Assembly (NCBI GenBank): GCA_036493595.1
Contig: DASXPN010000073.1
Location: 32,029 to 96,028 of the forward strand
DNA from: Acidimicrobiales bacterium
GTDB taxonomy: Bacteria; Actinomycetota; Acidimicrobiia; Acidimicrobiales; JACDCH01
DNA: 64,000 bases
Reading direction: 5' to 3'
Each line of letters starts with the position of its first letter. Position 1 is the stretch's first letter. The position numbers were made by a program, and so were the translations under genes. The notes under the pieces were generated by a model that saw nothing but the letters and a program-made list of their open reading frames with translations, was not told the origin of the DNA and made no database searches. Shown in pieces: positions 54,197-64,000 of the stretch.

Positions 54197-54239
54197 CGGG
54201 TGCTTGCTTCGCGTGGGCTCGCGGGGCAGCCTGACAGGA

Positions 54240-54500
54240 ATGGCCCTGACCGACAGAGATCGGGCGATCCTCGACTTCGAACGCAGCTGGTGGAGCGAAC
54301 CTGGTCCGAAGGAGCTCGCGATACGAGAGCGCTTCGACCTGTCGAGCACGCGCTACTACGAGATCTTGGCTGAGCTCCTCGACATGCCCGAAGCGCTCGA
54401 GTACGACCAGCTGGTCGTACGCCGGTTGCGCCGGCTGCGGGACCGTCGCCGCCGAGCGCGCTATGAAGGTCGTCCGGCTCGGCGTGGAGGAACCCCGTAG
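54240..54500 (+). CDS. DUF3263 domain protein
   Basis: Track ORF 54204..54500; ATG 54240. LTDRDRAILDFERSWW...STRYYEILAELLD...RRLRRLRD. Confidence 0.75.
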   Translation: MALTDRDRAILDFERSWWSEPGPKELAIRERFDLSSTRYYEILAELLDMPEALEYDQLVVRRLRRLRDRRRRARYEGRPARRGGTP

Positions 54501-55072
54501 TGGCGTCACGCGGCACCCGTTCGGCTGCCAACAACAACTCGAGTTCAGCCGCGTTGCGCGGCGCACTGTTGATCGGCGTCGCGGTCGTCCTCGGCGCCGC
54601 GCTGCTGGCGCAAGGATTCAACGACAACGGCGCGCCGGTCAGTACGAGCTCCAACACGTCGACGACGGTCAAGCGCAGCGGCGCCACCACGACCACGGCG
54701 GTACCGCAGCCGCACGATCCCGCGACGGTGAAGGTGCTGGTGCTGAACGGCTCGGGTAAGTCCGGCATCGCGAAGGCCGGCGCCGATCAGTTGAAGGCGG
54801 CCAACTACACGACACTCGATCCCGCCAACGCCACGACGGGCGCGCCGGTCGCCGCCTCGATCGTCTACTTCACCGCGGGCTATGACGCCGACGCGCAACA
54901 GATCGCGGCGAAGCTCGGGCTCAATCCTTCCGCCGCGCAACCGTTGCCGAATCCACCCCCTCCCGAGGTCGGCGATCCCAAGGACGCCAACATCGTCGTG
55001 CTCATCGGAACCGACGCGCCCGTCGCCGGTGGCGCGGGTGCAGGAACCACGACCACCGTCGCCGCGAACTGA
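54500..55072 (+). CDS. LytR C-terminal (LytR_C) domain protein, membrane anchored
   Basis: Track ORF of 190 aa. GTG overlaps the upstream stop (TAGTG). TM GALLIGVAVVLGAALLA. KVLVLNGSGKSGIAKAGADQL...NIVVLIG. Confidence 0.75.
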   Translation: MASRGTRSAANNNSSSAALRGALLIGVAVVLGAALLAQGFNDNGAPVSTSSNTSTTVKRSGATTTTAVPQPHDPATVKVLVLNGSGKSGIAKAGADQLKAANYTTLDPANATTGAPVAASIVYFTAGYDADAQQIAAKLGLNPSAAQPLPNPPPPEVGDPKDANIVVLIGTDAPVAGGAGAGTTTTVAAN

Positions 55073-55108
55073 GCCTGACCTTGGGCCTGATCGGCTCGCA
55101 CCGCTGAT

Positions 55109-55921
55109 TCAGGTGCGGCGGATCTCTGATCGCACTTCGACCGTCACCGTTCCCTGGATCGGAGCGCTCGTTTGACCTTGTGGCGCGGCGAGCACCGCGT
55201 CGAACGTTCCCCTGGTGATCGACGTCGAATGCCGCACCGAGCCGTCGGCGAGGTCGTAGACGACCGTGATCGTCGTCGTGTCGGTTCCCGTCAGTGTCTG
55301 CACGCCGTTGGCGGCGGACGCCGTCGAGGTGATCGGCAACGAGGTGGAGGACGTGACCGTTGCGGTCTTGTGGCCGTCGACGACACCGAGCTCGACCAGA
55401 CGACCCTCGCCGGTCAGCAGCGCCGGCGCGTTCATGCCGGCGAGCTGTACGTGATCGTCGACTGTCCATCGGTCACCGGGGCGAAGACCGCGATCGGGCG
55501 GGGCCCCTGCGGCCGCGGGGAAGATCTCTGAAAGTCCGAGGTCGCCGAGCGCACCGGTCGGAATGCCCTCGACGCTCTCGACCGCGGTGAGTTGCGCAGC
55601 GCGATCGAAACGCATCACGAACGTGCGCTCGCCGACCCCTTCGCGTCCGAGCATGACCTGCACGCGGGTGGTGCCGTCCTTCGCATCGAGCACGCGTTGC
55701 TGCACCGCGAGGTCCGCCTCGTCGTGCGGCGATGTGCTTCGGCCCGCGAAGGTCGACGTCGACGTCGACTCGACATGGACCGCGTACGTGTAGGACGCGC
55801 CGGTGGGCGGATGGAACGAGAGGAGCACGCGATCGTCGCGGCATGCGGTACACGCGAGCGCGAATGCGAGCGCGAGGGCGGCGACCCGGCCCGGTGCTCG
55901 CCATCGGTGTGCGCGCTGCAT
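55109..55921 (-). CDS. Putative lipoprotein, function unknown
   Basis: In frame with track ORF 55109..56473; ATG 55921 (MQRAHRWRAPGRVAALALAFALACTAC), a signal plus lipobox-like ALAC. The longer ORF overlaps otsB and has junk composition. Confidence 0.6.
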   Translation of the reverse strand: MQRAHRWRAPGRVAALALAFALACTACRDDRVLLSFHPPTGASYTYAVHVESTSTSTFAGRSTSPHDEADLAVQQRVLDAKDGTTRVQVMLGREGVGERTFVMRFDRAAQLTAVESVEGIPTGALGDLGLSEIFPAAAGAPPDRGLRPGDRWTVDDHVQLAGMNAPALLTGEGRLVELGVVDGHKTATVTSSTSLPITSTASAANGVQTLTGTDTTTITVVYDLADGSVRHSTSITRGTFDAVLAAPQGQTSAPIQGTVTVEVRSEIRRT

Positions 55922-55960
55922 CGGTGCGACGGTACCGGTGACCGGCGGTACGTTTCGTTC

Positions 55961-56722
55961 GTGGCCCGACCGCCGGCGCTCGACGCGCTCGATCCGCTGC
56001 GGGCGCAGCCCTCGCGGGCCGGCGTGCTGACCGACTTCGACGGCACCCTGGCGTCGATCGTCGACGACCCCGCCACCGCCCGGCCGCTCGACGGTGTACG
56101 GGAAGAGCTCGCGCGGCTCGCGGATCGCTTTGCAGTGGTCGCGGTGCTCTCGGGCCGACCGGTGTCGTTCCTGCAGCAGTTCCTTCCCCCCACCGTCGTG
56201 CTCTCGGGCCTCTACGGCCTCGAGGTCGTGCGCGACGGCGTGCGAGCGGACAATCCGCTCGGGCGCCCCTGGCGAGGAGTGATCGAGGACGTGGTCGACG
56301 CGGTCCGCGCCGACGGTCCGGACGGCATGCGCATCGAGTCGAAGGGGCTTTCGCTCACGCTGCACTACCGCGGCGAGCCCGACCTTGCCCCGCGAGTGCT
56401 CGCGATTGCGGAGCAGCAAGCAGTGCGGTCGGGACTCGAGGTGCGTGCGGCTCGCATGTCGGTCGAACTGCATCCGCCGATCGAGGTGGACAAGGGGACC
56501 GCGTTACGCGACCTCGCCGCGGGGCTCGAGGCCGCGTGCTTCATGGGCGACGACCTGGGCGACCTCGCTGCGTTCCGAGCACTCGACGGACTCGCCCGCG
56601 AGGGCGCTCACGTCGTGCGGATCGCGGTGCGCAGCGAGGAAACACCGCCCGCCTTGCTGGAGGCGGCTGACCTCGTGGTCGACGGCCCTGAAGGGGCGCG
56701 TGACGTGCTGGCGCAGCTCTAG
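55961..56722 (+). CDS. otsB: Trehalose-6-phosphate phosphatase
   Basis: In frame with track ORF 55592..56722; GTG 55961. HAD motif I LTDFDGTLA, then SGRP, and C-terminal GDDLGD. Confidence 0.88.
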   Translation: MARPPALDALDPLRAQPSRAGVLTDFDGTLASIVDDPATARPLDGVREELARLADRFAVVAVLSGRPVSFLQQFLPPTVVLSGLYGLEVVRDGVRADNPLGRPWRGVIEDVVDAVRADGPDGMRIESKGLSLTLHYRGEPDLAPRVLAIAEQQAVRSGLEVRAARMSVELHPPIEVDKGTALRDLAAGLEAACFMGDDLGDLAAFRALDGLAREGAHVVRIAVRSEETPPALLEAADLVVDGPEGARDVLAQL

Positions 56723-56738
56723 TTGCGCGGCCACAGCA

Positions 56739-58121
56739 CTAGCTCGCGTACTCGAGCTGTTCGCGTAGCCAATCCCGCGGCGTCCGTGCCGCGACGACGG
56801 CGCGCAGTTGCTCGTGGCGACGGCGGCGCTCGCCGTCGTCCATCGACAGGGCCTGGCGCAACGCATCGGCGGTGTCATCGATGTCGAACGGGTTGACGCC
56901 GATCGCCCCCGCGTCGCCGAGCTCTTCGTATGCACCGGCCTCGGTCGAGAGCACGAGCGCGGAGTGATCGCCGACGAGCATCGCTTCCTTGGCCACGAGG
57001 TTGAGCCCATCGCGGATCGGGTTCACGAGCACGACATCGGCCAGCTGGAGCGCGGCGATCGACCGTGGGAAGTCGTCGCGGGCGTCGTAGAGGATCGGTG
57101 TCCAGTCCGGAGTCGCCCACTTCGTGTTGAGGCGCTCGACGAGTCCTTCGACCTCCTGGCGATACGCGAGATATTCGGGCAGTCCTTCGCGCGACGGGTA
57201 CAGGAGCGCGCAGAACACCACGCGCTCGCGCCACTCGGGTGACGACGTCAACAACTCGTCGAACGCGTGGAAGCCGCGCAGGATGTTCTTCGACAGCTCG
57301 ATGCGATCGACGCGTACGAGCAGCTTTCGATCACCAATCGTCTCGCGCAGATGATCGCGTTGGCGCGCCGCCGCCGGTGACGTCGCAGTGGCTGCGAGAT
57401 CGTCGGGATCCGGTGCGAGCGGACTGACGCCGACGCGCGGAGGGATGCCTTCGCCGACGAATGCCCGATGCGACCTGACGAACGCATCGGCCCATCGGTG
57501 GGTGTGGAACGTCGTTGCCAGGTTCGACCCCATGCTCGTGACGAGCTCGCGGGTCGCGGCCTGTGGCAACGGACGCAGACCGTCGGGGTCGCACCAGGGA
57601 GTGTGCGCGAAGTGCACGGTGGCGAGATCGGGTCGGGCGGCGCGCAGCCGAGGGGCGACCAGTGCGAGGTGGTAGTCCTGCACCAGCACTGCGGCGCCCT
57701 CGGGCGCGGCTTCGGCCGTGGCATCGGCGAACGCGTGATTGACCGCGCGGTACGCCTCCCAGGCCTCGTGCCAATGCCGGTCGATGCGAGGCCGGCGGGC
57801 GAGGTCGTACAACCCGTGGAGGCAGAACCACAGCGTCGCGTTGCAGATCACGTCGTAGGCCATCCGGTACTCGGACGGATCCAGGTCGAGCAGGCGCACG
57901 CGCAGGCCCTCGGCTTCGGCCACCTGGCCACCACTGGCGGCCTCGCGGTCTTCGTCCGAGAGGGCGGCGGCGAGCCACAACGCATCGGTTCCCTCGACCA
58001 GCGGCGCCAGCCCGGACACGAGCCCGCCCCCGCCGCGCTTGGCCGTCAGCGATCCGTCGTCGCCCCGCCGGAACGACAGCGGCCCGCGGTTGGACACGAT
58101 CACGACGGGCCGTTCGGGCAC
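56739..58121 (-). CDS. otsA: Alpha,alpha-trehalose-phosphate synthase (GT20)
   Basis: Track ORF of 460 aa. VVIVSNRGPLSF, HDYHL-like QDYHLALV, and NPIRDGLNLVAKE. Confidence 0.93.
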   Translation of the reverse strand: MPERPVVIVSNRGPLSFRRGDDGSLTAKRGGGGLVSGLAPLVEGTDALWLAAALSDEDREAASGGQVAEAEGLRVRLLDLDPSEYRMAYDVICNATLWFCLHGLYDLARRPRIDRHWHEAWEAYRAVNHAFADATAEAAPEGAAVLVQDYHLALVAPRLRAARPDLATVHFAHTPWCDPDGLRPLPQAATRELVTSMGSNLATTFHTHRWADAFVRSHRAFVGEGIPPRVGVSPLAPDPDDLAATATSPAAARQRDHLRETIGDRKLLVRVDRIELSKNILRGFHAFDELLTSSPEWRERVVFCALLYPSREGLPEYLAYRQEVEGLVERLNTKWATPDWTPILYDARDDFPRSIAALQLADVVLVNPIRDGLNLVAKEAMLVGDHSALVLSTEAGAYEELGDAGAIGVNPFDIDDTADALRQALSMDDGERRRRHEQLRAVVAARTPRDWLREQLEYAS

Positions 58122-58141
58122 GAGTGTGCAAACTACTGGTC

Positions 58142-59149
58142 GTGCGTGTCGTGGCTGCCCCGGACAAGTTTCGTGGAACTGCCGGCGCGCCTGACATCGC
58201 GGGGGCTATCGCCGCGGCGGCGAAGGCGGCCGGATGGCAGTGCGACGAGGTGCCGATGGCCGACGGGGGCGAGGGCACGTTGGAGGCACTCGGTGGCGCC
58301 AACCGTTCGACGCTGGTGACGGGCCCGCTCGGCGACTCGGTGGAAGCGGCGTGGCAGTTGAACGGCACTCGAGCGGTGATCGAGATGGCGAGAGCCTCGG
58401 GGCTCGAGCTCGTCGGTGGCCCGGACGGGAACGATCCGATTGCGGCGACCACGTACGGCACTGGCGAGCTGATCGCGGCCGCACTCGACGCGGGCGTCCG
58501 TCGCATCATCGTCGGCGTGGGCGGCTCGGCCACGACCGACGGCGGGCTCGGCGCGCTGCGCGCCATCTACCCGCTACAGCGACTGCGCGGCGTCGACCTC
58601 CAGGTGGCGTGTGACGTGAGGACGAAGTTCATCGAAGCGGCGGAGGTGTACGCGCCGCAGAAGGGCGCGTCCGCCGCGCAGGTCGAACTCCTGCGGCGCC
58701 GGCTCGAACGGCTCGCGCAGGTGTACCTCGACGAGCACGGTTTCGATGTGCGTACCGTCGAGGGCGCGGGAGCTGCCGGGGGTCTTGCGGGTGCCCTGGC
58801 GGCGGTAGGGGCGGCGCTGGTGGACGGCTTCGATCTCGTCGCGGACGAGGTCGGCTTCGACGATGCGCTCGAAGGTGCTGACCTCGTCATCACGGGCGAA
58901 GGCTTCGTCGACGCGCAGTCCTTCGAGGGCAAGGTCGTCGGGGGCGTGGCGCAACGGGCCGCGGCGGCGGACGTCCCCATGTTCGTTGTCGCGGGTGAGG
59001 TCTACGACGACGCGGGCGCGCGGGTCGACGCTGTCTCGTTGGTGGAGCGGTTCGGTGAGGACCGCGCTCGCGGTGAGACGTGTGCGTGCGTCGAAGAGGT
59101 CGTATTCGAGCGGCTGCAAGCGCTGAGTCGCGCGGAGTCGGCGTCGTAG
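58142..59149 (+). CDS. Glycerate kinase
   Basis: Track ORF 58124..59149; GTG 58142 (VRVVAAPDKFRGT). PMADGGEGTLEAL, VGVGGSATTDGG, and ITGEG. Confidence 0.88.
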   Translation: MRVVAAPDKFRGTAGAPDIAGAIAAAAKAAGWQCDEVPMADGGEGTLEALGGANRSTLVTGPLGDSVEAAWQLNGTRAVIEMARASGLELVGGPDGNDPIAATTYGTGELIAAALDAGVRRIIVGVGGSATTDGGLGALRAIYPLQRLRGVDLQVACDVRTKFIEAAEVYAPQKGASAAQVELLRRRLERLAQVYLDEHGFDVRTVEGAGAAGGLAGALAAVGAALVDGFDLVADEVGFDDALEGADLVITGEGFVDAQSFEGKVVGGVAQRAAAADVPMFVVAGEVYDDAGARVDAVSLVERFGEDRARGETCACVEEVVFERLQALSRAESAS

Positions 59150-59168
59150 ACGATTGCAACCCGCGTGA

Positions 59169-59360
59169 CTAGCGAGCCGACTTCTTGCCGACGACCCAGC
59201 CGATGAAGGCGATGGCGAGGATCACGAGAACGGCGAGCTTGACGATCCCGAGCAGGAATCCGACAACGGCACCCACGACCCACATGGCGGCGAAGACAAG
59301 CGCCACCGCGACGATCGCGTACCACCACAGTGGTGTGGAGGGACGTTCCGGAGCGGCCAT
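59169..59360 (-). CDS. Small two-TM membrane protein
   Basis: Track ORF of 63 aa. WWYAIVAVALVFAAMWVVGAVVGFLLGIVKLAVLVILAIAFIGWVVG. 10 nt downstream of the 93-aa ORF. Confidence 0.55.
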   Translation of the reverse strand: MAAPERPSTPLWWYAIVAVALVFAAMWVVGAVVGFLLGIVKLAVLVILAIAFIGWVVGKKSAR

Positions 59361-59370
59361 GCCCCGAAGG

Positions 59371-59652
59371 CTATTGGCCGCGCGACTGCTCTGTTCGTTC
59401 GGAGGGCACGTCGCGCAGATCGAGCTTGTCGCGGAGGTCGACCCGCCGGACGCTGCACATGGCGCGGGCCACGACCGCGAGGGCGTCGTCCGAGCTGACG
59501 GGATCGACCGGATGCTGCGCCTCGACCGCCGCGATGGCCCGCTCGGGCGCGCAGTCGGTCAGGTGGACGACCAGTTCCGCCAGACGATTTGTGTACGCGA
59601 GACGAGATTCACGGCTCGAGGCCATGTGCTCGTTGGATTGGGCTGTACTCAT
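59371..59652 (-). CDS. Hypothetical protein (93 aa)
   Basis: Track ORF. Strong RBS (GCAGGAGTATCCATG on the minus strand). Ordinary composition; no motif I recognise. Confidence 0.55.
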   Translation of the reverse strand: MSTAQSNEHMASSRESRLAYTNRLAELVVHLTDCAPERAIAAVEAQHPVDPVSSDDALAVVARAMCSVRRVDLRDKLDLRDVPSERTEQSRGQ

Positions 59653-59841
59653 GGATACTCCTGCGATCCCGTTGGCCCTTTCGAAGTGAATGATCGGAAC
59701 GGGCGGTTACGTACTTGAGCACTCGTAAGAAAATACGCATTTGCGGTAACCCTGCAGAAACTCTCCCAAGCCGACGGGTTCATTCAGCAGGTCATACCCA
59801 CGACGGGGTGCGTTCAGGCACGTTCCCACGTTGAGTTTCGG

Positions 59842-60750
59842 TTACGCACCTCGCCGAGCGGCGCCCTCACCGAGTCGGGCGAGCGGGGGCCGTTCGACCA
59901 CCTCGATCTCCATCGGCTCGAGGCCCGGCCGGTAGAGGGTTGCCAGCCCAGGAACCGGATGCCCGGCGCGGCCCAACATCGTCTGGATCACGGCGGCCGC
60001 CTGGGGCGACAGCTCGTCCAGTGGGCGATTGCGGTGGATGCGGCTGCCGAGATCGACCTGCGCGATGGCGTCGACCCCGAACCGGTCGGCCACATCGATC
60101 AGCAACGCGATGTCGACCCCGTAGCCGTCCACGAACGGCAGCTGTTCGAGCAGTTCCCGCCGCCCCCCGTACTCGCCGGCGAGCGGCTGAACGATCGACG
60201 CGAGATGCGGGAACAGCAGCGCCAGCAAGGGGCGAGCCACGAGCTCGGTGACCCGTCCGCCGCGATCCTTCGGGTCGGGCGTCGGCCGTTCGTAGTGCCC
60301 CTTCACGAACCCGATCTCGGGATGGGTGAGCAGCGGACCGAGAAGACCGGTCACGAACAGCGGGTCGAAGTCGATGACATCGGCGTCGCACCACACGATG
60401 AGGTCGCCATCGGCAACGGCGAGGGACTTCCATAGGGCCGCGCCCTTGCCATGACCGGTTCCGTGCTCGGGCAGCACGCTGGCCGCCGCCACGACCCGCG
60501 CACCCGCGTCGGCTGCGACTTCGGCCGTGCCGTCGACCGAGTGGTCGTCCACGACGACGATCTCGTCGACGAGACCCCACTGGTCGACGAGGTGCGACCT
60601 GATCGAACGGACGATGGCGCCGACGGTCGCCGCTTCGTCGCGCGCCGGCAGGCACACCGACACGACGTGGTGGTCCTTTGCCGCGAGAAGAACCTCGAGG
60701 TCGAACTCGGAATGGTCGAACGCGGCGAGGACCGTATGGACCGATCGCAC
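59842..60750 (-). CDS. gpgS: Glucosyl-3-phosphoglycerate synthase (GT81)
   Basis: Track ORF of 302 aa. VSVCLPARDEAATV, VVDDHSVDGT, GKGAALW, GGRVTELVARPLL, PLAGEYGGRRELL and AQVDLGSRIHRNRPLDEL closely follow M. tuberculosis Rv1208 as I recall it. Confidence 0.9.
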   Translation of the reverse strand: MRSVHTVLAAFDHSEFDLEVLLAAKDHHVVSVCLPARDEAATVGAIVRSIRSHLVDQWGLVDEIVVVDDHSVDGTAEVAADAGARVVAAASVLPEHGTGHGKGAALWKSLAVADGDLIVWCDADVIDFDPLFVTGLLGPLLTHPEIGFVKGHYERPTPDPKDRGGRVTELVARPLLALLFPHLASIVQPLAGEYGGRRELLEQLPFVDGYGVDIALLIDVADRFGVDAIAQVDLGSRIHRNRPLDELSPQAAAVIQTMLGRAGHPVPGLATLYRPGLEPMEIEVVERPPLARLGEGAARRGA

Positions 60751-60810
60751 GTAGGCACGTTACCCATCGCCCGAAAGGAGACTCACTGTGTGCCGGTTAG
60801 GGTGCTCGCC

Positions 60811-61083
60811 ATGAGTGTGAAGGTTCGGATTCCGACGACCCTGCGCACCCTCACGGGTGGCAAGTCCGAGGTCGAGGTCGCGGGCGCCACGGTCGGCGAG
60901 GTCATCAGCGCGCTCGACGCCGCTCATCCGGGCTTCAACGACCGCCTCCTCGACGACAACGGCCTACGCCGCTTCGTCAACGTGTTCGTGGCCGACGACG
61001 ACGTCCGCTTCCTCGATGGCCTCGACACCAAGGTCCCCGACGGCGAGACGGTCTCCATCCTCCCGGCCGTGGCGGGCGGCTGA
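60811..61083 (+). CDS. MoaD/ThiS-family sulfur-carrier protein, CysO-like (C-terminal Gly-Gly)
   Basis: In frame with track ORF 60451..61083; ATG 60811. MSVKVRIPTTLRTLTGGKSEVEV...RFVNVFVADDDVRF...VSILPAVAGG parallels M. tuberculosis CysO. Confidence 0.85.
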   Translation: MSVKVRIPTTLRTLTGGKSEVEVAGATVGEVISALDAAHPGFNDRLLDDNGLRRFVNVFVADDDVRFLDGLDTKVPDGETVSILPAVAGG

Positions 61084-61127
61084 CCGGCCGGCGTCAAGGT
61101 TTGGGGCAGATCGGTCGATGATCGAGC

Positions 61128-61535
61128 GTGCCCGAAGTTCTCATCGTCGACGATGACCCTGACGTCCGCGGCATGCTGGCCTTCACTCTCGGCGATCACG
61201 GCTTTGCCGTGCGGGAGGCGAAGGACGGTGCCGATGCGCTCGACGAACTGGCGGCGAAAGCGCCGGACTGCATGGTCCTCGATCTGATGATGCCCCGCCT
61301 CGACGGCTTCAGCGTCCTCGAGGCGATGCGCGTGCAGAAGCTCGCGCCCGAGACGCGGGTGATCGTGTTCTCGTGCAAGTCGGAGGAGCGCACGTTCGTG
61401 CGAGTGTGGGAGCTCGGTGCCGACGAGTACCTCACGAAACCGGCCGACCCCGATGTCATCGCTCAGAAAGTGATCGCACTCTTGGAAGCGGGCACCCAGA
61501 GGGACGCCCGGGCCGACGACGCCCGGGCGTTCTGA
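61128..61535 (+). CDS. Single-domain response regulator (receiver only)
   Basis: Track ORF of 135 aa. VLIVDDDPDVR...DCMVLDLMMPRLDG...YLTKP. Confidence 0.88.
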   Translation: MPEVLIVDDDPDVRGMLAFTLGDHGFAVREAKDGADALDELAAKAPDCMVLDLMMPRLDGFSVLEAMRVQKLAPETRVIVFSCKSEERTFVRVWELGADEYLTKPADPDVIAQKVIALLEAGTQRDARADDARAF

Positions 61536-61538
61536 GGG

Positions 61539-64000
<2,462 letters not shown>

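Noticed and set aside
59653-59841. 189-bp lower-GC region upstream of the 93-aa ORF, considered as a structured RNA.
   Set aside because: It has only short (5-6 bp) inverted repeats and a possible TATTTT -10 on the minus strand. Nothing matches an RNA family I know. It is most simply a promoter or 5' UTR.

Overview
This is a very GC-rich, densely coding chromosomal segment of an actinobacterium. The gene order parallels M. tuberculosis Rv3627c-Rv3579c, but the lineage cannot be fixed from this window. I call about 75 protein genes and two tRNA-Thr (CGU at 3693-3765, UGU at 54123-54196). I see no rRNA, CRISPR, transposase or integrase.

Left part (1-21 kb):
- The 5' portion of an FHA/FtsK-SpoIIIE ATPase that is absent from the ORF track because its stop lies outside the window.
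- holB, then tRNA-Thr followed by a C-run tract and a perfect 34-bp x3 tandem repeat.
- Mixed metabolic and accessory genes: a TPP enzyme, an RpiR-ALDH-aminotransferase unit, a cupin, a PKD protein, an enoyl-CoA hydratase, a CBM48 protein plus class III adenylate cyclase, a Zn-ADH, a GT39 transferase, DUF445, a lone WXG100-like gene and a ferritin-like gene.

Middle part (21-54 kb):
- ECF sigH-rshA.
- A long co-directional, translationally coupled housekeeping array: DUF2342 protease, an orphan response regulator, tilS-hpt-ftsH-folE-folP-X-folB-folK-DUF2520-panC-panD-nadB...nadC-coaX-lysS, clpC, radA-disA, crp, carD-ispD-ispF-rlmB and a Bacillus Spo0H-type sigma factor.

Right part (54-64 kb): DUF3263/LytR_C, otsB/otsA, glycerate kinase, gpgS, a CysO-like carrier, a bare receiver domain, an FAD oxidoreductase, and two CIRCE elements upstream of a partial groEL.

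I do not see a clear multi-gene novel system (no defence, mobile-element or secondary-metabolite cluster). The items most worth checking are local anomalies:
- A Cys-less PTP-fold ORF embedded in the folate operon.
- A Spo0H-type sigma factor at the rlmB-sigH position.
- ispD with no canonical start codon upstream of its conserved N-terminal motif.
- An EssC-like ATPase plus a singleton WXG100-like gene.
- nadB and nadC split by a scramblase-like gene.
- Recurrent short tandem duplications that span stop codons.

The many long antisense ORFs in the track are high-GC artefacts. All homology statements come from reading the translations and recalling family motifs; no database search was run.
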